From Enterobacter phage vB_ExiM_F4M1E, in sequence record OL744216.1: DNA of 64,000 nt, one strand, 5' to 3'. The notes below the pieces were generated by a model. The model was given only the letters and a program-made list of their open reading frames with translations. It was not told the DNA's origin and did not search any database. Of this stretch, positions 25,681 to 34,221 are shown in pieces. Position 1 is the stretch's first letter; each line of letters starts with the position of its first letter. A program made the translations under genes and the position numbers.

Positions 25681-26962
25681 ATCCTTCCTCCTCTCTTAAT
25701 TTTTTGATTTCTGCCTTAACCCGGGTCAGGGCACGGGCGACGTATTTAACTTTCATCGCTCGGATCTCAGAAGAGATTAATTCACGACGACCTGCCAATC
25801 TCGTGGAGATCTCTTTACTCTTTTCGGAGATTTCCAGTCGATTCTTGTGCAACTCAACAGCACAGGCCCATAATACATGAGGCTGGTCGTAGATGTCAAA
25901 CATTTTCTCCGGCCCACGGCCCCGTGCGTCGCACATACAAGCCTCGATGAACTTCAGTGCGAACTGATTTTCCTGCGGTTTGTGCGCCTTGATGCGTTCA
26001 ATCAGGTCGAATACCTTGCGGGGCTTCAGGTCCATGATCCGGTGCAGTCGTGTGTGGTCGGCACAAACGCGATGGGCGAGGTCTGCCCATTTGTTTGGTA
26101 CGCCAAAGCGATCACTCAGTTGTGCAACGAACCCAAGGCCAAACTCTTCGTGTCCGTGCAGGTTCCCGTACTCAAAATACTGGACCTTTCCCAAGTCGTG
26201 ACACAGGACTGCCCATTTCACCTCCGGTGATGACATGATGCGCTGGGCATAGTCCAAACACAGCAGCGTGTGAACGTATGCATCACCCTCGGGATGGTGG
26301 GCTTTCGGCTGCAATGCACCTCTCAGGTTTGCCACCTCCGGCATTTCCCCAAGATTGCAGAGCATGTCGATCATTAATGATGGTCGGTTATCATTACTCT
26401 GGTCCTCGAAGCATTTGCGGATCTCTGCCATCTTACGCTCTTTCGGCAGCGCTGCCAAGGTCGCCTTTGCACTCTCGCAAATGAACATCGTTGAGTGGTC
26501 CACGACGAACTTCCCTCCGAAACGGGCCAAGAAGCGGGCCAGTCGGTAGATGCGGAGAGGGTCTTCACGCATCGCTGCCGCTGACACGTTCCGAAGCACA
26601 CCCTTTTGTATATCACGGATACCACCGTATGGGTCGATGTATTCCCCGGTCTCCAGATCCTTTGCGATCGCGTTGATTGTCAGGTCCCGACGGGCCAAGT
26701 CCTCTTCGATGGTCACATCCGGGCTGAACATCACTTCGAAATCGTGGTATCCGTCCCCGGTGGAGCGCTCCTTGCGGGCCAAGGCGTACTCTTCCTTGGT
26801 CTCCGGGTGCAGGTACACAGGGAAAGCCGCACCGTGAGGCATACCGAACCCGAGGGACAGCATTTCTTCATGGGTTGAGCCAACAACCACGTAGTCACGG
26901 TCTTTGCTCGGAACACCCATCAGTTCATCGCGGACCGCTCCGCCGACCAGATAGATTTTCAT
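25643..26962 (-). CDS. cca: tRNA nucleotidyltransferase (CCA-adding enzyme) with HD domain
   Basis: MKIYLVGGAVRDELMG...DRDYVV head motif of class II NTases; CHDLGK HD motif. Confidence 0.8.
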   Translation of the reverse strand: MKIYLVGGAVRDELMGVPSKDRDYVVVGSTHEEMLSLGFGMPHGAAFPVYLHPETKEEYALARKERSTGDGYHDFEVMFSPDVTIEEDLARRDLTINAIAKDLETGEYIDPYGGIRDIQKGVLRNVSAAAMREDPLRIYRLARFLARFGGKFVVDHSTMFICESAKATLAALPKERKMAEIRKCFEDQSNDNRPSLMIDMLCNLGEMPEVANLRGALQPKAHHPEGDAYVHTLLCLDYAQRIMSSPEVKWAVLCHDLGKVQYFEYGNLHGHEEFGLGFVAQLSDRFGVPNKWADLAHRVCADHTRLHRIMDLKPRKVFDLIERIKAHKPQENQFALKFIEACMCDARGRGPEKMFDIYDQPHVLWACAVELHKNRLEISEKSKEISTRLAGRRELISSEIRAMKVKYVARALTRVKAEIKKLREEEGYDDSNLPTWRLY

Positions 26963-27180
26963 TTTTTGATGTTCCCTTCCCAGTTGTACAGATAATCATC
27001 GAAGGTCTCTTCACAATCGGCAGAGACCACCACTTCCGTATCATCACCCCAGTTGGTGACTCCAGACTCAACAACCTTCAGATGCTTTGCACCCCACGAA
27101 GGGTTGTACACATCATCGAAAAACTTGCCCGGCACCGTGCCGCCCTCAAACAAATAGGTTCTTTCTACGTATCCGCTCAC
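26959..27180 (-). CDS. hypothetical protein (73 aa)
   Basis: ORF. Confidence 0.45.
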   Translation of the reverse strand: MSGYVERTYLFEGGTVPGKFFDDVYNPSWGAKHLKVVESGVTNWGDDTEVVVSADCEETFDDYLYNWEGNIKK

Positions 27181-27575
27181 ACTCTTTCTCCTCGTAAGTT
27201 TACAGACCAGCGATCAATATCCTTCTCCCAGTCCATCGTTCGTTTCTGGGTCTCTTTCTCACCACGCAGGTATCTTATGATATTCAGCGGGTGCTTGTCA
27301 ACAAAAGAAACGTCGCTGAACGGATCATGCTCACCACGGAGCATGTTCTCGAAGCGGGTGAACTCGTTTTCCGCCTTCGGCTCGATAGTCATGACGTCAA
27401 AATCGCCATGTGGGCGAGAAGGATCATGAGGATACACAATCATTTCGTACCCGGACAGGGTTTTTGCTTTCTTTGTAAACACCGGACGGTAAAAAATGTC
27501 GTATTTCATGGTCATCTCCTCTTCAATGATGGTCATTATACACAGACCTGAACGCAATGCAATAAAAAAGGCCAC
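27177..27575 (-). CDS. hypothetical protein (132 aa)
   Basis: ORF. Confidence 0.5.
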   Translation of the reverse strand: MAFFIALRSGLCIMTIIEEEMTMKYDIFYRPVFTKKAKTLSGYEMIVYPHDPSRPHGDFDVMTIEPKAENEFTRFENMLRGEHDPFSDVSFVDKHPLNIIRYLRGEKETQKRTMDWEKDIDRWSVNLRGERV

Positions 27576-27596
27576 CCGAAGGTGACCTTTTTGTTA
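27564..27596 (-). terminator. rho-independent terminator (bidirectional-looking)
   Basis: aaaaaaggccacccgaaggtgacctttttg. Confidence 0.55.
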
Positions 27597-28106
27597 TTTT
27601 GGAGAAACCCAGTAGAAAGGCTTCTCCAGATTCAGCTTTTTCTTCGGGTCCCAGATGAAAAATGCGTACCCGGCACCGTCTGTCTTACCGTCATCTGTGA
27701 ATGATGGCCTTTTGGACAGCGTAATCAGGTTGTCAAGAGGGTACTGTTTCCAGAACTCCTCTCGACGCATACTCTCCAAGAACCCCAAGCGAAGCAGCAT
27801 GATTACGACATCGGCATCCTTGTGAGCCTTCTCCACGAACTCCTGCGCCAGTGAGTACGGGGGGTTGGTGATAATGCAATCCACACGATCATAAGAGGTA
27901 TTAAGATAATCAACACCTTCTCGGATCTCTCCCCACGCCGAACCAATCGGCAGTTCGTTGTAAAAGCGCCCGGAGGCGCGGCATGGCTCCATGTAGGTCC
28001 AGCCCTTTCGGATTGGAATCAGGTCGAACAGACATTTAACAGCCCATTCCGGGGTTTCGTACACGTCGAAAGCCTTACGTTCGCCCTTTGGCTTCAATGC
28101 CGCCAT
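27594..28106 (-). CDS. N6-adenine DNA methyltransferase
   Basis: ITNPPYS motif IV (NPPY). Confidence 0.65.
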   Translation of the reverse strand: MAALKPKGERKAFDVYETPEWAVKCLFDLIPIRKGWTYMEPCRASGRFYNELPIGSAWGEIREGVDYLNTSYDRVDCIITNPPYSLAQEFVEKAHKDADVVIMLLRLGFLESMRREEFWKQYPLDNLITLSKRPSFTDDGKTDGAGYAFFIWDPKKKLNLEKPFYWVSPK

Positions 28107-29119
28107 TAATCTTCCTCTCCAACATAGAACTGACTGCCTGCCAAGATCTCTTCAATCAAGCACTCCAGTGCCTGCTGACGAGTATTCTGTGAAGGGTCGA
28201 GGTCAATACCAAAGGCAACTCCGATCTCCTCGATCTCGTCCATATTGTACTCATCGAAATCTTTCGGGCACAAGGTGCTCAGGCGGAACACTTTTTTGTA
28301 ACCGTCGTCCAGAGTGATGTCGAACTCGTCTCCCTGCGGGAAGTCTTCCGCTGACTTCACTTTTGTTTCTGGGAACGGCATGGATACAACCTCCGTGGTT
28401 GGCTTACCTTGCCCTTTGACCACCAAATCCCACCACTCTTTTGGTGATAAATCACCACGTGCCTCTTCACAAGTGGTTGCGCCATATCCCACCAACCCTC
28501 CGTCGGGGGTCTTCATCAAAACCCCAGGCTTTCCATTATCATTGACAATGGCGATTTCAGGTTGATTAGGTGCAGCCTTCTCCAGCCTTTCACGCATCTC
28601 TTCTGCGGTCAGGTAGATTTCCCCTGCACGTTCGAACAACTCAGCCAGTTCAATAGGTGTCAGGACCTCAGCCATCATCCCGTAGAACTTCTCTTTGAAG
28701 AGACGTTCATAAAACTTGCTACGGGCGATCACGTGGGCACTATCACCACCAGACCCCAACTGAACGTTGTGGAACATGAAATAACAACCGTCTTCGCAAA
28801 TACGCTCGTCACCTGCCAGGAAGATCGTGGTTGCTGCACTGGCGCACTCACCGATAGCACGAGTAATGATCTTCGCCTTGCTGTCACGGAAAGCAGCGAG
28901 GTACATGTCGGCAATGTCTACGCGCCCGCCCGGGGACGTAATCAGGATTTCAATAACATCCTCTTCCTCTGCGGTCCGAATCATGTCCAAACCCTCGAAG
29001 TGGTTTCGCGGATCGTTGTCCAGTTCGGTCACATAGAGACGCCAGTCACGGCGCTCTTGAGGGGTACACCACAGATTACCACGGTAAGTCTGGTCAACGG
29101 TATCAAATTGCTCTTCCAT
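28106..29119 (-). CDS. ClpP-like (S14) serine protease
   Basis: ITSPGGRVDIADMYLAAFRD. Confidence 0.6.
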   Translation of the reverse strand: MEEQFDTVDQTYRGNLWCTPQERRDWRLYVTELDNDPRNHFEGLDMIRTAEEEDVIEILITSPGGRVDIADMYLAAFRDSKAKIITRAIGECASAATTIFLAGDERICEDGCYFMFHNVQLGSGGDSAHVIARSKFYERLFKEKFYGMMAEVLTPIELAELFERAGEIYLTAEEMRERLEKAAPNQPEIAIVNDNGKPGVLMKTPDGGLVGYGATTCEEARGDLSPKEWWDLVVKGQGKPTTEVVSMPFPETKVKSAEDFPQGDEFDITLDDGYKKVFRLSTLCPKDFDEYNMDEIEEIGVAFGIDLDPSQNTRQQALECLIEEILAGSQFYVGEED

Positions 29120-29676
29120 CAGGCCCCCTTGTTCAGTTCAGTACGGACACGAATGTGGTTCTGGAGAATCCACTCGATAACCTGCGAGCGGTCAGAGTCC
29201 ACGATCACTTCATGGTGACGCTTAAACATATCGAGAATCTTCTGTGCCTCTACGGCGTATCGCGCCGCCCGGTCGATAAACAGCAAACGATCCTTTGCTT
29301 CGCTGGTCACCGGACAGAGTTCACTCGGGACCTCAATGTCCGACAGGTGGTCAACAATTTCCTGGCGTTCAGAGAACATCAGGTTCACCTCTTGGTCGAT
29401 CGGCATAGAGAGGTTGAACAGTTTGTACCAAAAGCCTGTTTTAACATTCTGCTTACGGATGGCGATGATCTCTTCCTTCATATTGAGAAAGAGGAGTTCT
29501 GCCAGATCCTCAAGGCGTTCGGCATCCACCGCGCCACAGTTTTTAAGCTCCATCAGCTTACGATGTTCAACCGTAGCGAAAATACCCTTATCCATAAACT
29601 CTCCCTTAGATACCGACGAGGTAGTGAAATTTTCCGTCATCTGACGTAATTTTGTCAATAACGTAGTACCACTCAT
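29119..29676 (-). CDS. hypothetical protein (185 aa)
   Basis: ORF. Confidence 0.5.
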   Translation of the reverse strand: MSGTTLLTKLRQMTENFTTSSVSKGEFMDKGIFATVEHRKLMELKNCGAVDAERLEDLAELLFLNMKEEIIAIRKQNVKTGFWYKLFNLSMPIDQEVNLMFSERQEIVDHLSDIEVPSELCPVTSEAKDRLLFIDRAARYAVEAQKILDMFKRHHEVIVDSDRSQVIEWILQNHIRVRTELNKGA

Positions 29677-29920
29677 TGATACCTCGCTTAACAGGAATGC
29701 TTACCCGGTCTCCCGGTGACAACTGCACGTCCGACACGTGCTCAATCGCCTCTCGGAAATAACGCCAGAACGTCATCTCCTTGAAAGCACAGATCCGCTT
29801 GTTGGACCCATCCACTGTCCAAAGCGCTTGGTTGGCCCACTGGCCCACTGACCACTTTCCGGTCTTCTTATCCTTACCCAGTGCAAAAGCACTGTTAAGG
29901 TTATTACGATTTAATGCCAC
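29606..29920 (-). CDS. hypothetical protein (104 aa)
   Basis: ORF. Confidence 0.45.
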   Translation of the reverse strand: MALNRNNLNSAFALGKDKKTGKWSVGQWANQALWTVDGSNKRICAFKEMTFWRYFREAIEHVSDVQLSPGDRVSIPVKRGINEWYYVIDKITSDDGKFHYLVGI

Positions 29921-30500
29921 GTTTTTCCTCCATACTTACCAAAAACTTCTCAAGGACTTCGTGGTTTTTATCGTGCAGAAGGTTCAAGGTACGAATACCC
30001 TGCTTCTTCGCAAGATTGACCGCCGTCGCCGTTCCACCTTTCGGGTCTCCCTTTTTGGTTTCGAGGGCGTAATATAGCACAAACTTGCTCTGGTTCAAGT
30101 AAGCATTTCCGAGATCGGCACCGAACAACTGGTGTACGTTCCGTTCATGGAGCTTGCGAGCACCTTGGGATAACCTCTCCCACCCACCATGCACTTCCTT
30201 CACCCAATCCCAACGCATCTCTGCGTGTTCCGGGAACTGTCTGTCCACAGCGTCCAAAGTGATGTCCCACGTATTGACAAGGCCATCACCACCTGTGAAA
30301 CCTCTCCAAGGGATGAAGATCTCACATTTTGCACCTTCAAATCTCTGCGCTCCACGTTGGAACGCCGCATCTGCCCCGGCAGCTTTACCGGAACGCAAAA
30401 CAAATCCCATGCGGGCCAGTCGGTAAGCGGCGTCCTCCATGACGCCTACGACTTCAGCCGGGGTTTCACGGGAACCAATCCCGGTGTATGCCGTCATCAT
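29904..30500 (-). CDS. DprA/SLOG-like Rossmann-fold protein
   Basis: MTAYTGIGSRETP...RSGKAAGADAAFQRGA. Confidence 0.4.
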   Translation of the reverse strand: MMTAYTGIGSRETPAEVVGVMEDAAYRLARMGFVLRSGKAAGADAAFQRGAQRFEGAKCEIFIPWRGFTGGDGLVNTWDITLDAVDRQFPEHAEMRWDWVKEVHGGWERLSQGARKLHERNVHQLFGADLGNAYLNQSKFVLYYALETKKGDPKGGTATAVNLAKKQGIRTLNLLHDKNHEVLEKFLVSMEEKRGIKS

Positions 30501-31246
30501 TACTCCTGATTTAAGTCACGCTCCCGCGCCTTAACAACTGCCTTACAGAACGGGCTACGGACGATATCGTCACTGGAACCTTCAACAAACTCTGCCAGAT
30601 GGAAGAGATTGTGACGATCGATAAACTCAATCGCCCAGTCCAGCCCGGATTCACGGCCCTTCATGTCGTTCTGAGTGATATCTCCCAGGCAGAACATTTT
30701 GGAACCCTCACCCAGTCGTGTCATGATCGTGTATGCAGTCTCTTCGTCCGTGTTCTGGAACTCGTCGATGATAACCACAGAATCCTCAAAGGATCGACCA
30801 CGCACGTACTCCAGAGGAACGAACTCAATGTTCTTGTTGTTCAACTGGGTCTCGTAGTAGTTCGCTCCGTAGCGATCCTTGACCACCTGAACCAGCGCCG
30901 CGAGGTACGGTTCAAATTTCTCTCGGATATCGCCCGGCAGCAGGCCCAAACTGTTACCCATACCCACGGTCGGGCGGGACAGGACGATCTTTTTAATCTT
31001 CCCAGATTTGAGCCAGTCAATGACGGTACTCATCACAACGAAAGTCTTACCAGTGCCAGCGGGGCCGTTGACAAACACGGCATCCTTCTGGTTTACCGCA
31101 CTCAAAAGGCTTTTCTGGAAGTGGGTACGGGTTTGGATAGCCTTAGCCAGTTCCACCTCTTCCTTGGCGCGTGGTGTTACCACACGCTCACGGCTTGCCT
31201 TCTTCTCACGGCGAGATTGACGCTCTTGACGATTGTTATGACGCAT
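30500..31246 (-). CDS. phoH: PhoH-like ATPase
   Basis: Walker A VFVNGPAGTGKTF. Confidence 0.8.
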   Translation of the reverse strand: MRHNNRQERQSRREKKASRERVVTPRAKEEVELAKAIQTRTHFQKSLLSAVNQKDAVFVNGPAGTGKTFVVMSTVIDWLKSGKIKKIVLSRPTVGMGNSLGLLPGDIREKFEPYLAALVQVVKDRYGANYYETQLNNKNIEFVPLEYVRGRSFEDSVVIIDEFQNTDEETAYTIMTRLGEGSKMFCLGDITQNDMKGRESGLDWAIEFIDRHNLFHLAEFVEGSSDDIVRSPFCKAVVKARERDLNQE

Positions 31247-31261
31247 AGTACCTCCTAACGA

Positions 31262-31645
31262 TTAGGGATATTGCTTAAATGGAAGCTGGAAGTGTGGACC
31301 ATCCTTAAAGGTGGTCCAGTCACCGCCCCACTCAAGCGGTACGCCGAGTTCCTTCGCTGCTGCCTTCATGGCATCCGCCAGAGGATAGTAATACTTCCAA
31401 TCCCAACTGACTTTGCCATCAACCAGGGGCCAAAGATCCACTGCGTGGCCTGTCAAGTGACGACTGTTCATCGTCTTGCTCTTGCCCTCGGCAACGTACT
31501 TACGCTGGGTTTCGATGGTCCGAAGACCCTCCCCAACGGTGAAGTCCCGGTCTACCTTAGTCAGTGCGAGTTTGACAACCTTAACGAGGTCCGGGTGGAC
31601 CCCTTTCAGGCGCTCAAGGCTACGTTTGCCCAGTACAAATGCCAT
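31262..31645 (-). CDS. L-alanyl-D-glutamate peptidase (M15 endolysin)
   Basis: SRHLTGHAVDLWP matches VanY/M15 SxHxxGxAxD; size and sequence style of the T5 Lys endolysin. Confidence 0.75.
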   Translation of the reverse strand: MAFVLGKRSLERLKGVHPDLVKVVKLALTKVDRDFTVGEGLRTIETQRKYVAEGKSKTMNSRHLTGHAVDLWPLVDGKVSWDWKYYYPLADAMKAAAKELGVPLEWGGDWTTFKDGPHFQLPFKQYP

Positions 31646-31653
31646 ATTACTCC

Positions 31654-32133
31654 TTATTGCAGGGTTGGCTTACTTACGACGCCATAAAGAAGCTCCTGCT
31701 GCACTTCCTCAAGCGCCGGGATGATCTGGAGATTCATCTCCGAGATCGCATCCTGATACAGAAGATCAGAATGATATTGCTTCAGATAAACCGGGTTCAG
31801 CGCCGCCAAATGCTCGGTGAAGATGTTCCGCAGTTTATTGTGATAATCTTCCCCGGCAAGAAGATTGACCAGCTTTTCTTGGTCACGAATGCGGCGAACA
31901 TCATCTGCCGTCTTGTCTTCGATATCCTGAAGAAACTCCAGCGTCTCCTCAGCCACCTCAAGCTGCGGGTCGATATTCATTGCCGCCAGTCGGTCCGCCA
32001 CGATGTGTACCAGATCCAGATGCGCTGCGTCCGGAGAAACTACGGTATTCTCAGCCAGTTCACTCATTCCCTTCTCCTTACAGTTCGCCAATGTCGAAAT
32101 CGCCAGCTTTAACGACTTCTTTTTCAGACTCAA
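31654..32133 (-). CDS. hypothetical acidic protein (159 aa)
   Basis: ORF next to the endolysin; not hydrophobic, so not a holin. Confidence 0.5.
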   Translation of the reverse strand: MSLKKKSLKLAISTLANCKEKGMSELAENTVVSPDAAHLDLVHIVADRLAAMNIDPQLEVAEETLEFLQDIEDKTADDVRRIRDQEKLVNLLAGEDYHNKLRNIFTEHLAALNPVYLKQYHSDLLYQDAISEMNLQIIPALEEVQQELLYGVVSKPTLQ

Positions 32134-32368
32134 AATGAGCCACTAACTCAGTGTACCCGCCGATGTAACGATCGTCAAGGAAAATCTGCGGCACTGTGGC
32201 AGCAGGTCGCCCCGTCGCATCTTTCACCCAAGCGTTCATTTGCATGAAGAACACTTCGTCCTCCAGAACATCCTTGTACGTGAACTCCAACAGTTTGGAC
32301 TGAAGCAGTTCCTTGGCCCGCACACAGTACGGGCAGTTTTCCTTACCGAACACTGTAAAGTACATCAA
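32078..32368 (-). CDS. glutaredoxin (NrdH/Grx-like)
   Basis: CPYC active site. Confidence 0.75.
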   Translation of the reverse strand: MMYFTVFGKENCPYCVRAKELLQSKLLEFTYKDVLEDEVFFMQMNAWVKDATGRPAATVPQIFLDDRYIGGYTELVAHFESEKEVVKAGDFDIGEL

Positions 32369-32589
32369 ACCTCCACAAACATAGCCAACACAGGCGACTT
32401 CGGATTAAAGTAATCTACGTGCGCCTCCAGCGGGCCGTGGTTCTCAAAAGTTCCCAGCGTGTGGGGGATGCCGTCATCGTCGTAGACCAAGTTCAGGTCT
32501 TTGCTGTATTTGTACACAGATCCCGGCTTAAACGGGTTATCCATGCTCTTTGCTGCTACTTTGCAATACACATCCTGCAAATCTTCCAT
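32365..32589 (-). CDS. hypothetical protein (74 aa)
   Basis: ORF. Confidence 0.45.
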   Translation of the reverse strand: MEDLQDVYCKVAAKSMDNPFKPGSVYKYSKDLNLVYDDDGIPHTLGTFENHGPLEAHVDYFNPKSPVLAMFVEV

Positions 32590-32810
32590 TATTCCTCCAC
32601 GATTTCGAAAGTTGCCACAATTGCGCTGTCTTCATCGCAACAAGCGGCACGGACCGTAACCCCATCCGGCTCCAATTCCCAGTTGTGGTCAGTTTCGTCG
32701 ATAGAGTCGTTGTCGGCGACACCATATTCCAAATCTGCACCGTAAACCTTGCCGACGGTGAAGAATTTTCCGTACCCATTACCAACGGTCTTGCATTTCA
32801 GCTTTGCCAT
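32589..32810 (-). CDS. hypothetical protein (73 aa)
   Basis: ORF. Confidence 0.45.
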   Translation of the reverse strand: MAKLKCKTVGNGYGKFFTVGKVYGADLEYGVADNDSIDETDHNWELEPDGVTVRAACCDEDSAIVATFEIVEE

Positions 32811-32819
32811 AAAACCCCC

Positions 32820-33950
32820 TTACAGGTCCATATTGAAGTCGGACGCACTCATTGAAGAATCAACCTGGCCGGACAGATACTGACCGTTCTCGGTTTCCTG
32901 TGGTGTTACTTGCACGTTCCCGGTATTCAGGTGACTGTTGATCCAAGGAATTGGGTTCTTGGTCGGCTTACCGATCAGTTCACCCAGACCAACCGCTCGC
33001 ATACGCTGGTCGGTGATGTAGTCGATGTAACCGTCCAGCATACCTTTGTTCAGGCCGATCATCGAACCGTCTTTGAACAGGAAGCTGCCCCAGTCTTTCT
33101 CCTGCACCGATGCGTCGATAAAGCCCTGTCGTGCCTCTTCGTAGCAATCTTCTGCCACACGTGCAAACAGGTCACCTTCGTTACCGTTCTGCATTTCTTT
33201 CAGCATATACTGAGTTCCGGACAAATGCAAGGCTTCATCACGAGCAATCAGTTCAATAATGTTGGTGTTACCCAGCATTACGCCGCGCTCACCGAAAGCG
33301 AAGGAGCAGGCGAAGCTCACGTAGAAACGGATCGCTTCCAGTGCATTGATGTTGTGCAGGCACAGATACAGCGCACGAGCGTGTTTGTACGGATCAACCG
33401 GAAGGTTCAGGGCCTTACGGCAGTTCAGTTCGTACAGGTCATCATACATCTTCGTCACCGCCTCGGCGCGGGCGATAATCTCCGGCGACTTCATGATATC
33501 GTCAAAGACGATCGAGGGGTCTGCCAGGATGTTGCGGATGATATGGGTGTATGAGCGGGAGTGGATTGTCTCACTGAACGCCCAAGTTTCAACCCATGTC
33601 TCCAGGGTGGTGTCGGACACGATCGGCAGAAGGACTGCGTTCGGCCCACGGCCCTGTACAGAATCCAGAAGGATCTGGTACTTCAGGTTACTGATGAAGA
33701 TGTGCTTCTCGTGATCCGGCAGGTTCATGTAGTCGATTCGGTCACGAGTGACGTTCACCTCTTCAGGACGCCAGAAGAACGCCAGTTGCTTCTCAATCAG
33801 CTTCTCGAACTTGGCATGTTTCTGCTGGTCATAACGAGAAACGTTCGGTGTCTCGCCGAGGAACATCGGCTGAGTCAGGAAGTCGAATTTGTTCTGGTTG
33901 AAAGTGCTGTAAGACATTGTTTTCTCCTTTTCTCTAAACTTGTGGTCCAT
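32820..33950 (-). CDS. nrdB: ribonucleotide reductase class Ia beta subunit
   Basis: ferritin-like ExxH ligands ([14 protein letters not shown]). Confidence 0.9.
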   Translation of the reverse strand: MDHKFREKEKTMSYSTFNQNKFDFLTQPMFLGETPNVSRYDQQKHAKFEKLIEKQLAFFWRPEEVNVTRDRIDYMNLPDHEKHIFISNLKYQILLDSVQGRGPNAVLLPIVSDTTLETWVETWAFSETIHSRSYTHIIRNILADPSIVFDDIMKSPEIIARAEAVTKMYDDLYELNCRKALNLPVDPYKHARALYLCLHNINALEAIRFYVSFACSFAFGERGVMLGNTNIIELIARDEALHLSGTQYMLKEMQNGNEGDLFARVAEDCYEEARQGFIDASVQEKDWGSFLFKDGSMIGLNKGMLDGYIDYITDQRMRAVGLGELIGKPTKNPIPWINSHLNTGNVQVTPQETENGQYLSGQVDSSMSASDFNMDL

Positions 33951-33989
33951 TATACAGATGCCGGACCAAGTGTCAACACCCTAAGACAG

Positions 33990-34013
33990 AAAAACCGCCC
34001 CGAAGGGCGGTTT
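33990..34013 (-). terminator. rho-independent terminator
   Basis: aaaa then accgccccgaagggcggt. Confidence 0.55.
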
Positions 34014-34014
34014 A

Positions 34015-34221
34015 CTATTTCAGGATTCTCTGCATATCCCGGTATATCGCCCGGTGATCCCTACAGGAGCACAAGTTTACACGATACCCGTTGTTGAGGA
34101 CATCCTTTTTCATCCTTGCGTCGTAATCCTTGGTCCAACTAATCATCCGCCAGCGGCGGTAGATGAACCACCATAACACAGTCATACGGCCCCTTACAGT
34201 TTGCAAGCACCGCCGCCGCAA
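34015..34221 (-). CDS. hypothetical basic protein (68 aa)
   Basis: ORF between nrdA and nrdB. Confidence 0.35.
   Translation of the reverse strand: MRRRCLQTVRGRMTVLWWFIYRRWRMISWTKDYDARMKKDVLNNGYRVNLCSCRDHRAIYRDMQRILK

Noticed and set aside
31654-32133. Holin next to the endolysin
   Set aside because: The adjacent 159-aa ORF is acidic and soluble with no TM helices, so I did not call a holin. The small membrane ORFs elsewhere are candidates but not positionally linked.
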